A model generated the notes under the pieces. That model worked only from the letters and a program-made list of their open reading frames with translations. It did not search any database and had not been told where the DNA came from. The position numbers and the translations under genes are program-made. Positions 23,991 to 36,139 of a DNA stretch of 64,000 bases are shown piece after piece. Within the stretch, counting starts at the first letter, position 1. Every line of letters begins with the position of its first letter. Location: contig OZ218957.1 in assembly GCA_965112735.1 (NCBI GenBank), forward strand, positions 806,001 through 870,000. The letters are read 5' to 3'. This stretch comes from Phaeosaccion multiseriatum (lineage: Eukaryota; Protista; Ochrophyta, other classes).

Positions 23991-25230
23991 CTACAAGACT
24001 TCATTGGGTTGAAGCCCTTCCCTCCGCATCTCCTTCAGCAAGTCCAGCGCCTTCTCGTTGCTCTCCAGCCTTGCCGCAAGCAGAAATCGCAGAGTTGTAC
24101 GAGATTTGATCCGGTTGAAGCCCTTCCCTCCGCATCTCCTTTAGCAAGTCCAGCGCCTTCTCGTGCTCTCCAGCCTTGCCACAAGCAGAAATCGCAGAGT
24201 TGTACGAGAATTCATTGGGTTGAAGCCATTCCCTCCGCATCTCCTTCAGTAAGTCTAGCGCCTTCTCGTACTCTCCAGCCTTGCCGCAAGCAGAAATCGC
24301 AGAGCTGTACGAGAATTCATTGGGTTGAAGCCCTTCCCTCCGCATCTCCTTCAGCAAGCCAAGCGCCTTCTCGTACTCTCCAGCCTTGCCGCAAGCAGAA
24401 ATCGCAGAGCTGTACGAGATTTGATCCGGTTGAAGCCCTTCCCTCCGCATCTCCTTCAGCAAGTCCAGCGCCTTCTCGTGCTCTCCAGCCTTGCGGCAAG
24501 CAGAAATCGCACAGCTGTACGAGATTTGATTGGGTTGAAGCCCCTCCCTCCGCATCTCCTTCAGCAAGTCCAGCGCCTTCTCGTGCTCTCCAGCCTTGCC
24601 GCAAGCAGAAATCGCAGAGCTGTACGAGAATTCATTGGGTTGAAGCCATTCCCTCCGCATCTCCTTCAGTAAGTCAAGCGCCTTCTCGTACTCTCCAGCC
24701 TTGCCGCAAGCAGAAATCGCAGAGCTGTACGAGATTTGATCCGGTTGAAGTCCTTCTGCCCTCATCTCGTTGAGCAGGGCCACCGCGCCCTTCCATCGCC
24801 GAACTTTCCCCTTTTTTTTTTTTTTCTTTTTCTTCCCCTCTGCTTTTGCCTGCTCAATTGCCCTCGCCACCCCCTTCCAGTCGCGTGTATTTCCAAGCCT
24901 CTGGATCTCTTTGACCAACGCTATTTCTCTTCCCTTGGCCTCCCCCGCCTTTCTATCCCCGGATGCATTGAGCCTGGTTTCAAGGAGGCGGAGCGATTGA
25001 GTCGACGATCGTCGCTCAACAGGCACGGCGGCTGTGAGAATGGAGTTTTTCTCACGCATCTAGTCCTCCTGCTCCGACGGAAAGGACGCAAGGAGAAGCT
25101 CAAGTTCGTGTGTTGTGCTCCAGGAGTCACAGGGTGGCGAGTGCCTACTACCCACACGCTGGCGCGGTCCCATGTCATAGCACCATTAAAACCAGCATCA
25201 GCAGAGGTAGCACCAGCATCAGCAGAGGTA
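23991..25230 (-). pseudogene. P-class pentatricopeptide-repeat (PPR) gene with ~7 near-identical 35-aa repeats; frameshifted or degraded
   Basis: ORF 25059-24001 has repeats of SYSSAISACGKAGEYEKALDLLKEMRREGLQPN. There is a 1-nt insertion near 24057 in the last repeat, and a poly-A (poly-Lys) tract replaces part of the first repeat. The signal-peptide-like MLVLPLLMLVLMVL and transit-like ASVWVV segments lie in other frames upstream. Confidence 0.8.
24001..24752. repeat. 105-bp tandem repeat array (PPR-coding), ~7 units
   Basis: The unit ...GTTGAAGCCCTTCCCTCCGCATCTCCTTCAGCAAGTCCAGCGCCTTCTCGTGCTCTCCAGCCTTGCCGCAAGCAGAAATCGCAGAG... repeats at 105-nt spacing. Confidence 0.95.
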
Positions 25231-25395
25231 TTCGAGAGTGTAGTCGCAAGTGCCCGCGAGCGCGACGAGGCTCTGAGTTGAAAGGATAAGAGGAAAGAGG
25301 AAGAAAATTGCCGAAGTGCCCTTCCCCTCCCCTTCGCCTGATAGTGCTTCTTGGAGGGAGGGGCCTATCGCTGCACACTGCGGCCGATCAGCACG

Positions 25396-26408
25396 ATGGA
25401 CGAATCTGGAAAACTCATAGGAATCATTGGCGACGAGGTGGGTGATAGGGGGAGAGAGATGGGTGAGGGGGGTGGCGGACAGAAGGTCCAGACCAACCCC
25501 CCCCCCGTAGAGGGGCTGACTCCACATGTTAAATGAGCATCAGCAGTAGCAGCGCCAGGGTAAGGGTTACCCGAAAAAACGACTGCTCAGCTGAAGCTGG
25601 AGGCTAACGCCACTCATGGCGCCCAAACGTATCTCTCTGCTGATCTAATCTCATCTGGCTGTTCTCTCCCTTTTTGTCTCCACCAGGACACTGTCACGGG
25701 CTTCTTGCTGGCCGGCGTGGGGCACCGCTCCGCGAGTAGCACCAACTTCCTCGTCGTCACGCCAGGTGGGTGCGGGAAGGGGGCAGCGTTGGCCATGGAC
25801 GGACGGACGGCCCCTGGCCCACAAGTAGAGGCCTCTGCTGGGCCCTCCTCTACCTCTGCGCGAGGTTGGGAGGAGCAAAGCTGTCCGTCTGTGTGCGTGA
25901 TCTGGGTGGCATGGACCTGTCCCTTCCCCCCCCCTTTCTCCCTCTCTCTCTCTGCTGCTGCCAAAGTATCTCTTCCCTCTCACGACTGCAACTGCTACTG
26001 GTGATGGATCTCTGGGTCTCCTTCCTCCCTGTAATGATCGTGCCCTCTCCGCATGGAAGCAGATACTTCCGTGGCTCAAATAGAGGAGACCTTCAACAGC
26101 CTAACGCAGCGAGATGATATCGCCATCGTCCTCATCAACCAACACATCGCCGACGAAGTCCGACACATACTCAACGACTACAAGTGAGTGTGCCTGGTGA
26201 TACAGCGACCTGTTTACTGCCTTACTGTCACCGATGCACCGTTCTTCCTCCCGGCAATAGCCGCCCGTGCTGCTCCCATACACACTTTGCTGCTGCTCGC
26301 CCTGTCTCCCTCTATTTTTCTTTTTTGGTCTCTCACTCACTCTTTCCATCTCCCTCCTTCTCTTATTCTCCCTCTCTTTTATCCCTCGCTCTCCCCTCCC
26401 CCCCCCCC

Positions 26409-26443
<35 letters not shown>

Positions 26444-26561
26444 GCCCCGCAGCAAGACCATCCCAACAGTTCTGGAGATCCCCAGCAAGGACACCCCCTA
26501 CGACCCGGAGAAGGACTACATCATGCAAAGAGTCAACACCATGCTGGGAGGCGCCCAGTAG
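25396..26561 (+). CDS. ATP6V1F: V-type H+-ATPase subunit F, ~116 aa
   Basis: Exons 25396-25437, 25687-25765, 26063-26183, 26453-26561. KLIGIIGDEDTVTGFLLAGVG...RDDIAIVLINQHIA...IPTVLEIPSKDTPYDPEKD. Confidence 0.95.
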
Positions 26562-26843
26562 AGAAGTGGCCTGTGGACACAAAATCGCACACACACGCAC
26601 ACTCCCGCGCACACTCACGCACACTCACGCACGCACGCACGCACGCGCTCACACCTCGCCCGCCTTTCTTGAGCGACTTCAAGTAGCAGGCAGCGGAGAA
26701 GAGCGCAGAGGAGGCCGAGAGTGAGTCAGAGGGTCTGGCGGTCGAGTGAGTGGGCTGGTGCCGCTTTGCCGCTTGTGCTTTTGCGCTCAGGTGTACGATG
26801 CAGGTCGTTTTGGCCCTCCTCCACCTACCTCTCTAGCTCCTCG

Positions 26844-26886
<43 letters not shown>

Positions 26887-27362
26887 AGCTTCTGTAGTGT
26901 GATCTCCCAGAGAGTACGGAGTTTGGTGAACTCGGGGGAAGTTCCCGGTTGATGAAGAAGGTTGGGGCGGGCGTGCGTTGTTCTCACGCCCAAGTGCCGC
27001 TGTCTGTCTGTCTGTCTGTGTGGGTGGAGGCGTTTTTGTCCAGTTTTCCTTCCTCGAGGCTTGTTTGGAATATACGCGGCTATTTTATCGGAGTAATAAT
27101 GCATACAGAGTGTTCATCACTTCCTCTCAACTGCTCAATGCTCGCTCCACCACCTTCTTTAGCACACGACTTGCAGCTGTTTTCCTCGAACAATTACGTA
27201 AGGACCCCGGGGCGCTTTTTTGTCTTGCTGATTGATTGAGAGAGGGAGGGAGAGAGCGAGAAGACTGAGAGAGTGAGGCAAGGCACGCGCGGGACAGCAG
27301 ACCTCCTCCAGCAGTGGGGGGAGTGTCACCTCCCCGTGGACGGCGTCAAGTGAGCGCGCGCC

Positions 27363-30300
27363 ATGGGTGAGTCGCCTGTCCAAGAAAAAAAAACTCCATT
27401 CCTTCCACCTACTCGCTTGTTCCGCCCTTCCCTCGCTCCCACTCCCGTGCCTTACTGATTTTCCGGTGCCTGCCTCTCGCTCTTTGCTTGCAGCAGCAGG
27501 GGATGGGGCTGCGGACGATGATCTGGGGGGCACAACCCCGTTGCAGCTCCTGCAGGATGAGTTTGCCAGCACGGACCAGGAAATCCGGCTGCAAGCGGTC
27601 AAGAGGGTCTCCGTGGTGGGAGAGGTCATGGGAACGGCCGCAACACGATCAGAGTTGATACCTGAGTTCATAGACAGTTGAGTATTGGACCCTGCGGAGG
27701 AATAGCGCGGCAGCATTGATGGCCCCCGGTCGGTCGTTGCCAGTGTTGTCCCACACGCGTTGCCTTCCTAAAGAAGAGCGTGGGTCTTCCATAACAAAGC
27801 GTGGGGCATCCAAGGCCTACGTCGGATGCTCTCGTCCCTCTCCTCGGCCGCTACCTTTCGCTTGTTAACGCTCTTCAGCCTTAAACTTCCCGCCCCCCTC
27901 TTTGAGCAGGGCCTCTCTCATCCTTCCGTCCTTTCATCATCTCACCACCCCGCCCCACCCCCCGCCTCCCTCTTCTTCCCTTCTTTATTGTTCCACAAGA
28001 GTTACATCCATCCTCCTCTCTCTTTTCCCCAGCGCTGCCTTACCGCTCTCCCCACTCCACCCTCCCCTTTTCCCGTTCTCCTACCATTAGAAATCGACAC
28101 TGCAGCCGACGACGACGAGATACTCCTAGCCTTGGCGCAGGAGCTTGGAGGCTTTGTACCAATCGTGGGCGGGGGGACCCACGCACATCTACTGTTGCCG
28201 GCGCTGGAGGGTTTAGCGGCAGTGGAGGAGACAGTAGTGAGGGAGAAAGCGGTGTGTAGTATAGCAAAGGTGGTAGAGGGGATGGAAGGCCACGACGACA
28301 AGGTAGGAGACATGGTGAAAGCGCTAAGCATCGGCGACTGGTTCACCGCTCGCGTGAGTGCGTGTGGGGCATATCCCTCGGCCTATGCGCACGTCAAGTC
28401 AGCAGAAGCCAGAGCACAGCTGCGGGCACAGTTTGAGGTGCTGTCCAAGGACGAGACACCAATGGTGCGGCGGTCTGCTGCCACCAGCGTAGGGGACCTG
28501 TTGCTGGTAGTGGAGGGGGAGTACGTGGCCGGAGAGCTAATGGTTGTGTTTAAGGGGCTCTGTTCGGACGATCAGGACAATGTTCGCATGCTTGCGGTGG
28601 AGCAGTGCTCCAAAGTGGCAGAATGCCTCATATCCAAGGGCTTGACCGCCGAGTGCGACGCACATGTCCTGCCCATTGTCAAGCACGCACTCGAGGACCG
28701 TTCGTGGAGGGTTCGGCGCCACATGGCCCGGGATTACGCCCGTCTCGGTCAGCAGGTACGTGTGTGTGGAAGGGGGAAGGGGTGAGAAGTTTCAGTTCAT
28801 GACCCCCCGAGTCTCGGGTAGGCGATGTTTATCGAGCTTCCATCCCCGACCATATGATTGTGTATCAAATCAGTGTAAGAGCTCAACGACGGTTACACAC
28901 AGTCTCCACAAGTCTCACACGAGGGCTGCCCTCTCTCCCTCTCCCTCCCTCTCTCTCTCTTGCCATCCCCGCTCTACCTCCCTTTCTGTCCGTTCTGTAG
29001 GTGGGGAGGGAGACCACCCAGGCGGAACTCGTGCAAGGATACGCGGGATTGCTGCAGGACCCAGAGACGGAGGTGCGGGCCGTGGCTATCAAGCACCTCT
29101 CCGCCTTCGTTGACTTACTGGGGAAGGACGTGTTTGCCACTCAGGTAAGCTTCACAAATGGCTGATTTTATCTTGTCTCTGTGTGCCTGTCTGCTGTTCT
29201 GTACTGCCGACCACGCTGCCCGTCTCCTCTCCTGTCGAGCCCTGTCCAGCGCTCCGGGTGAAGTGAAGCCCCACCCGTTCGCCGGCGTGAGACGAGACGC
29301 ACTTGTGTATGTCCTTGGTCTTCTTCTTCTTCCTCCTCCTCCTCCTCCACAACCAACCAGCCAACCAACCAACGAACCAACCAATCAAAGCACCCATTCA
29401 CGAAGCAACCAACTCCAACTCGCCCTGCCCACCCACCCACCACTCAACTGCCCTGCTCTGGTCTGCTCTCTGCTGTCAACCCCATTAGATCATGCCCTAC
29501 GTACAAGGCCTGGTGCAGGATATCAACCTGCCCGTCCGTGTGGCCCTGAGCCGCAGCTGCATGGACATGGCCCCTATGCTTGGGCAGACCGCCACCCAGG
29601 AACTCGTATTACCCATGCTGCAGACCTTCCTCAGGTGAGTGGGTGGGTACTAAGTCAAATGGGTGTGGGTGTGGGTGGTGTGTGTGTGTGTGGGTGGGTG
29701 GGTGGGTAGAAAGACAATGGGTGGGTTGTAAGTCAGTGCGTGGGTTGTAAGTCAGTGCGTGGGTGGGTGGGTAGGTGGGTAGTAAGACAATGGCTTGGTT
29801 GTAAGGCAATGGGTGGGTTGGGGGTTGGTTGGTTGGTTGGTTGGTTGGTTGGTTGGTTGGTTGGGGCGGAGTTGGAGCTTAGCGTCGAGTGTTGAGCATG
29901 TAGAGTGGAATGGGAGCTTAGCGTCGGACCGTTTCGGGTTGTTGCTTTCGGTGCAAAGTGAGATCCATCATCGCGATATGGGCTTGAGAGTGGTTTTGGC
30001 CTGACGTCACTATCAGTGCTGCAACTCTTCCTTCTAAGCTCACTTCCTGATTGACTTAAAGTGCTCTTTTTATCTCAATTCCTTATTGACTTACGTGCTC
30101 TCTTCCATCTCACTTCAGGGACGAGGCGCCGGAAGTTCGGCTGCATATCCTCGACAGGCTTGATGCGGTGGGGCCGTGGCTCAAGGGCATGGCGGAAGAG
30201 CTGATGCCCTATGTGCTGGACCTGGGCAAGAATAACATCTGGAGAGTGAGGAAAGCCGTCATGCTGGCTGTGCCGTTGCTGGCAGAAACGCTTGGGGCGG

Positions 30301-31133
30301 CGTATTTTGAGGAGCACCTCTTGGATATGTATCTCCAAGCATACCAAGACAGTGTCAATGAGGTGTGTGTGTAGAGAGAGAGAGGAGTATGTCAATGGGT
30401 GGGTGGGTGGGGTGTGGGTAGTGGGGGGGGGGTTGGGGGAGTGTGGTGTATTGTATTGTGTATTGGGCGGAGGAGCGAGCAAAACGGCGGCAATTGCTTT
30501 TGAGGGGTGCATGAATGAGAGCGAACGGGACGGGAAGGATGGACGGACGGACGGACGGACGGACGGACACGTTTGCTTGTTTCTCACACACGCACAGTGA
30601 TTATTATTAACACGTGTGCCAACTTCATTCAATTTAATTCTCCTATCCCTCCGTCGTCTCTCCCCCCCACACGCGCGCACACACACACGCACGCACACAT
30701 GCATCAGGTGCGCCTTGGAGCCAGTCAAGGGCTGCAAAAACTCTGCTCCGTGTGCGGCAGCGACTGGTTATTAGAGAAGGTGATGCCCCGCATCCGGACC
30801 TTCTACGATGAATCCTCCTTCTACCTCATCCGCATCACCGTCTTAAATGCTCTCAAGACGCTCCTATCCCCCAACGAGGATGGAGGGGGGGTGCCCATGG
30901 GCTCCACGAAACTGCTTGCCAACGACGTTGTTCAGCTCATGCTCAAGGGCACCCAAGACAATATCCCCAACGTGCGATTCTCGGCGGTGCAAGCCCTGCA
31001 CAATGCGTGCCCTCACTTGGAGGAGGAGGTCGTGGAGAGTCAAGTGAGGCCGTGTCTGACACTGCTTGTCGACTCGGATACCGACAAGGACGTTGTCTAT
31101 TACGCCTCCATGGCGCTTGAATCGATGGTGTGA
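27363..31133 (+). CDS. PPP2R1A: Protein phosphatase 2A scaffold (A, 65 kDa) subunit, HEAT repeats, ~603 aa
   Basis: Exons 27363-27366, 27494-27676, 28091-28755, 29001-29144, 29489-29634, 30119-30362, 30708-31133. Motifs DDDEILLALAQELG, VEETVVREKA, DWFTARVSAC, DETPMVRR, DRSWRVR, WRVR, PNVRF, DKDVVYYA. Confidence 0.95.
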
Positions 31134-31959
31134 TGACGATGACTGCTGATGGTGATGGCGTTCGAATCAGTCTATCCCATGGTGTGTCTGTGAGTGAGGG
31201 AGTCACGGCGGAGTGGCAGTGGCGGGTGGGCGCCCCCCCCCGGGCGGGCCGGGGGTGGTTGGCGACCTCGCAAACTCACCCAAAATCGATTTTCAAGACA
31301 CGACTTTCAAACTCGACCTCCTCGACTTTTGCAGCGGGTGGCGGGCGCAGACACAGAGAGAGCTTATGAGAGAGAGTGAGAAAGAGAGAGGTCGGGAAGC
31401 GAGCAGGAGAGAGAGGCAAGCGAGCAAAAGAGAGAGAGAGAGAGGTCGGGAAGCGAGCGAGCGTTTCGAGGGACGCAAAGTCGTCGAATCTGGTCTTGTC
31501 ACTCTTAAGCGTGCGTGTGCGTGCAAGCGTACATGCGTGCAATGGGATGTCACGGTCGATATCTGATGTCGTGTCGACATTCCTCTTGCTCAGTTCTGTA
31601 CAGCGGCGGTTAGCAGGAGCAGAGCAGCAGTGATAGAGAGAGAGAGAGAGAGAGAGAGTCGCAGAGCTGCGGGAGCTCTGGCTGCCGAGCGTGATCTCTC
31701 TGTCCTACTGCCACCCTGCCCCCGAGTCACAATTGTCGAGTCTTGGAGGATGAGTGATTGTGGCAACTCCATACACACATAATCTAATTCTTAACTCGAT
31801 TCCTTTCGATTATGTCAGTGGATTGGATGGCAGTACATGTTTAGCGAACTCTCCCCCCGCCCTCTGCGCGCGCTCCCCCGACGCTTCAAGCTTCCCCAAG
31901 GGTGATTTATTGACATATTCTTCTCTTGTGTATCTGCCTGGCTGAGACTTGCAAGGAAG

Positions 31960-32090
31960 TTCCATGGTAGGGGGCTTACCTCATCTCTTTTACCCTCCCC
32001 CTCTCTCTGTCTTGTTTCTCTCTCTTCCATGGTAGGGGGCTTACCTCATCTCTTTTACCCTCCCCCTCTCTCTGTCTGGTTTCTCTCTCT
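31960..32090. repeat. ~66-bp tandem duplication
   Basis: TTCCATGGTAGGGGGCTTACCTCATCTCTTTTACCCTCCCCCTCTCTCTGTCT... occurs twice, just 3' of the carbamoyltransferase stop. Confidence 0.85.
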
Positions 32091-32130
32091 TGTCGAACGG
32101 CTTGCCTGCTCTGAGCCTGAAGGGGGTTTG

Positions 32131-32758
32131 CTAGCAAAAGGCAATCAAACGGCGGTCGAAAAGTCTCTCTATGCACTGTAGAATGGCCGCGTTGCTCCTG
32201 TCCTCCTCCTCCTCATCCTCGTTGTCCTCCTCCCACTCTTCGCCTTCGCCCTCCTCGTCGTCCTCCTTCCACTCCTCCTCCTCCTCCTCCTCCTCCTCCT
32301 CCTCCTCCTCCTCCTCCTCCTCCTTCTCATCCTTATCCCACTCCTCCTCCTCCTCCTCTTCCTCCTCCTCATCATCCTCATCATCCTCCTCCTCCTCCTC
32401 CTCCTTCCCCCCTTCCGCCTGCAGCTGACTCGCAATGTCTCCGAGCGTCGTCCTCCCATCCACCGACTCTAACACCTCAAGCTCTAGCAAAGTGTCCAGC
32501 TCCACCCAGTCGCCGCCCCCTCGGGACGAAAACTGGCCCCCCTGGGGCTGCTGCAGGAACCGAACCCTCGCCACACCTCCATCCATCGTGGTTGACACCT
32601 CAGCCATACCTGCACCTAAGGCAGCAAGCACGGGCACCATCTGTTCCCAGCCCTCCACCCCTCCCTCCTTCTCATCTTCCTCCTCCAAGTCGACCTCGTC
32701 GCTGCCACCTGTGAACTTGCTGCTACCGTTAATACTACTACTCCTGCTACTACTACTG

Positions 32759-32820
<62 letters not shown>

Positions 32821-34110
32821 GCTACTACTGCTACTACCACCACCACCACCACCACCACCACCACTCCTACTACCACTGATTGGGTCCAGACTGGGAACCG
32901 TCAGGCTCCTCCTTCTTGCCGTGGCGGGACAAGGGCGCCTCTCCAGCACTCTCCCATGCATGACGAGCCGCTCGATGGCCCCCTTGGCCCCCAGGAAGGC
33001 TCTCAGCGCGTCTACCGGGCTGTCCACGATGGGTTCTCCCTTGACGTTGAAGGACGTGTTTAGCACCATGGGCACCCCACTCGCCTTGTGGAACGCCGAT
33101 ATCAGCCTGTCATCACAAAGTGTGTGCGTGTGTGTGTGCGTGTGTGTGCGTGTGTGTGTGTTTTTGTAAGTTATGATTGAGTGTGCAGATTGACAACCCT
33201 CCACTCCCCCTTCCAAAGCTATCCCATCTATACGACAGTGATAAAAAAAAAAATTGATATGCGGCAAGGTCACAATAAACCGAGAAAGAAAGACTCTCCC
33301 TCCCTCCCCCCCCCCTCCCTCCCCCCCTCCCTCCCTCCCTCCCTCCCTCCCTCCCTCCCTCCCTCCCTCCCTCCCTCCCTCCCTCCCCCTCTCCCTCCCT
33401 CCCTCCCTCGCACCTGTGATAGAGGGGGTTGTCTTCCCTCCTGACGGTCTGCAGCCGCGCCGATCCGTCCACATGACACACCGCAGGAATACGCTCCGCC
33501 CTCCCTTCCTTAGCGAAGGCGGTCATGGACATAAAGGGAGAGGAGAGGTGGTCTCGGTCTCCCCCTCCTCCTCCTCCTCCTCCTCCTCCTTCTCCTCCCT
33601 CCTCCCCCTCCCCCCCCTGCCCCCCCTGTTGGCCCTGCTCAAACCACTCCGCCGCCTCCTCTTGCAGCACGGAGGGAGCGAAGGGCCGAAAGTCCTCCCT
33701 CCGCTTGACATTGTCATTGATGTGCTTGACCATGCCCTCTCGCCTCGGGTCGGCAAGCAACGACCGAGAGCCCAATGCCCGTGGTCCGAACTCCGACCGT
33801 CCTTGGAACCAAGCCACCACACCGCCCTCCGCTAGCACCCGAGCGGTGTCTATAACCAAGGCGTCCTCTTCGTCTTTATCAGTACTGCCCCTGTTGCCAG
33901 CTGCACTCTCCTGGGAGGAGGAGGAGGAGGAGGAGGAGGAGGAAAGCTTGTACTGCTGCTTCTCCTCCAGCCATGGAGAAAACTCCTCAATGGCTGCCTC
34001 CACGTCAGCCTCGGTCCACCCCCTTCCAGCGTAAGGTGCCATCGGGGACACCCACTGAGGGGTGGAAGAACGACCTCCTGCCGGCTCTTCGGTCGGTTGC
34101 TGTGCCACCA

Positions 34111-34144
<34 letters not shown>

Positions 34145-34200
34145 GTGGTGGTGCCAGTGGAGTCCAAATGCCGCACATCCGACCTGCACACAGAGAGAGC

Positions 34201-34240
<40 letters not shown>

Positions 34241-34302
34241 GTCAGACAGATAGACAGACAGATAGACAAACATACAGACAGACAGACAGACAGACAGACG
34301 GG

Positions 34303-34334
<32 letters not shown>

Positions 34335-34402
34335 TAGACAAACAGACAGACAGACAGATAGATAGACAGACAGATAGACAGACAGACAGACAGACAGACA
34401 GG

Positions 34403-34456
<54 letters not shown>

Positions 34457-34497
34457 GTCAAACAGACAGACAGACAGAGACGTAAGCACACAGACAA

Positions 34498-34550
<53 letters not shown>

Positions 34551-34755
34551 GACGTAAGCACACAGACAAACAAACAGACACAGACAAACAGACACAGACA
34601 CAGACAAACAAACAGACACGGACACAAACAAACAGACACAGACACAGAGGGAGGGAGATGAGCACGCAAGGCGTGTCAGCGACCACCACCACCACCACGA
34701 CCACCACCACCACGACCACCACTATCACTACCACCACCACCATCACCATCACCAC

Positions 34756-34796
<41 letters not shown>

Positions 34797-35639
34797 CCAC
34801 CACCATGCCACCCACCACAACCACCACCTCTCTCGTCACCCACCGCGATGCCCTCGTCCCCCGGGCAGGCCGGAATGAACACCTGTTCAAAGCCGAGCTC
34901 TCTGGTGAGCCTCCCATTGAGCACTGAATTGAGCGCCACCCCGCCGCAGAACACAAGGTTCTTTGCTCCCGTCTTCTCCTTCAGTCTACGCACAAAGTCC
35001 ATGGCAACGTGCTCAAGGTCTTGCTGCACTGTCGCGGCCACCTGTGCGTAGAAGGGCCGGAGGAAGAGCTCCCCTCCATCCTCCCCCTCCTCCTCATCAT
35101 CCTCCTCCTCCTCCTCCTCCCCCCCCGTCGCCGTGGTGGTGGTGGTGGTGGTGGTGGGTTTCAAAGTGCCCACCTTGTTGTTCGGACACGGCAGAGCATG
35201 CAGAGCCTCCCTCCGCACGGCGAAGCTCTCCTCCTCGGCCTCTTCTCTCCTCCCCGCTGCGAAGCTCTCCTCCTCGGCCTCTTCTCTCCTCCCCGCTCTC
35301 GTTGTCCTCCCTCGCTTTTCTGCTGCTGCCCCCTTGTCACCCGCCTCCTGCTCCTCCTCCTTCTCCTGCTCCTCCTCCTGCTGCTGCTCTTCCTCCCCAC
35401 CTTCCCCAACCCTCGGCAGCAGAGACCCCAACATAAAGCTGGGAGGACAGTAAGGTGATAATGGTGATGAGGATGATGTCTGCCGCTGCGGCGATCGCCA
35501 GACGCTTGCCCAAGGCCCAAGGCCCATCACCTTTCCGCAGCTGTTCCAGTCTCCGAAGATGTGCGAGCTGACAGAGGGGTAGGGGGGGGAGGAAAGGGAG
35601 GGAGGGAAGGGGGGGAGGAGAGAGCTAAGGGCCCGGGGG

Positions 35640-35694
<55 letters not shown>

Positions 35695-35715
35695 TAGACA
35701 GATAGACAGACACAC

Positions 35716-35782
<67 letters not shown>

Positions 35783-35795
35783 TAGACAGACACAC

Positions 35796-35834
<39 letters not shown>

Positions 35835-36108
35835 TAGACAGACACACACACAGAGAGAGAGACAGAAAAGGAGTACATGCATATGTGGGAGCTCACCCAG
35901 GGGGGGAGACGAGACGCGTCGAGAGAAGACACAAGCCTACCCATGGCCCAGGGCAGAGACACGCCCACGCACCTGATTCGGCTGTACACGGCCCCCACAC
36001 TCTCCATGTTCTCGAAGCCGTGGTTGAAGAGCTCGGACGGGGAACGCTCCTCAATCCAGCGCTTGTACACCGGGAGGAGCACCTCCATGGGACCGGCGCC
36101 GTTGCGGC

Positions 36109-36139
<31 letters not shown>

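Noticed and set aside
24001-24752. Regularly spaced repeats as a possible CRISPR array
   Set aside because: Units are contiguous 105-bp coding repeats without unique spacers, in a eukaryotic context with no cas genes.
23949-24773. Plus-strand 274-aa repetitive ORF (EALPSASPSASPAPSR)
   Set aside because: Antisense shadow of the PPR array.
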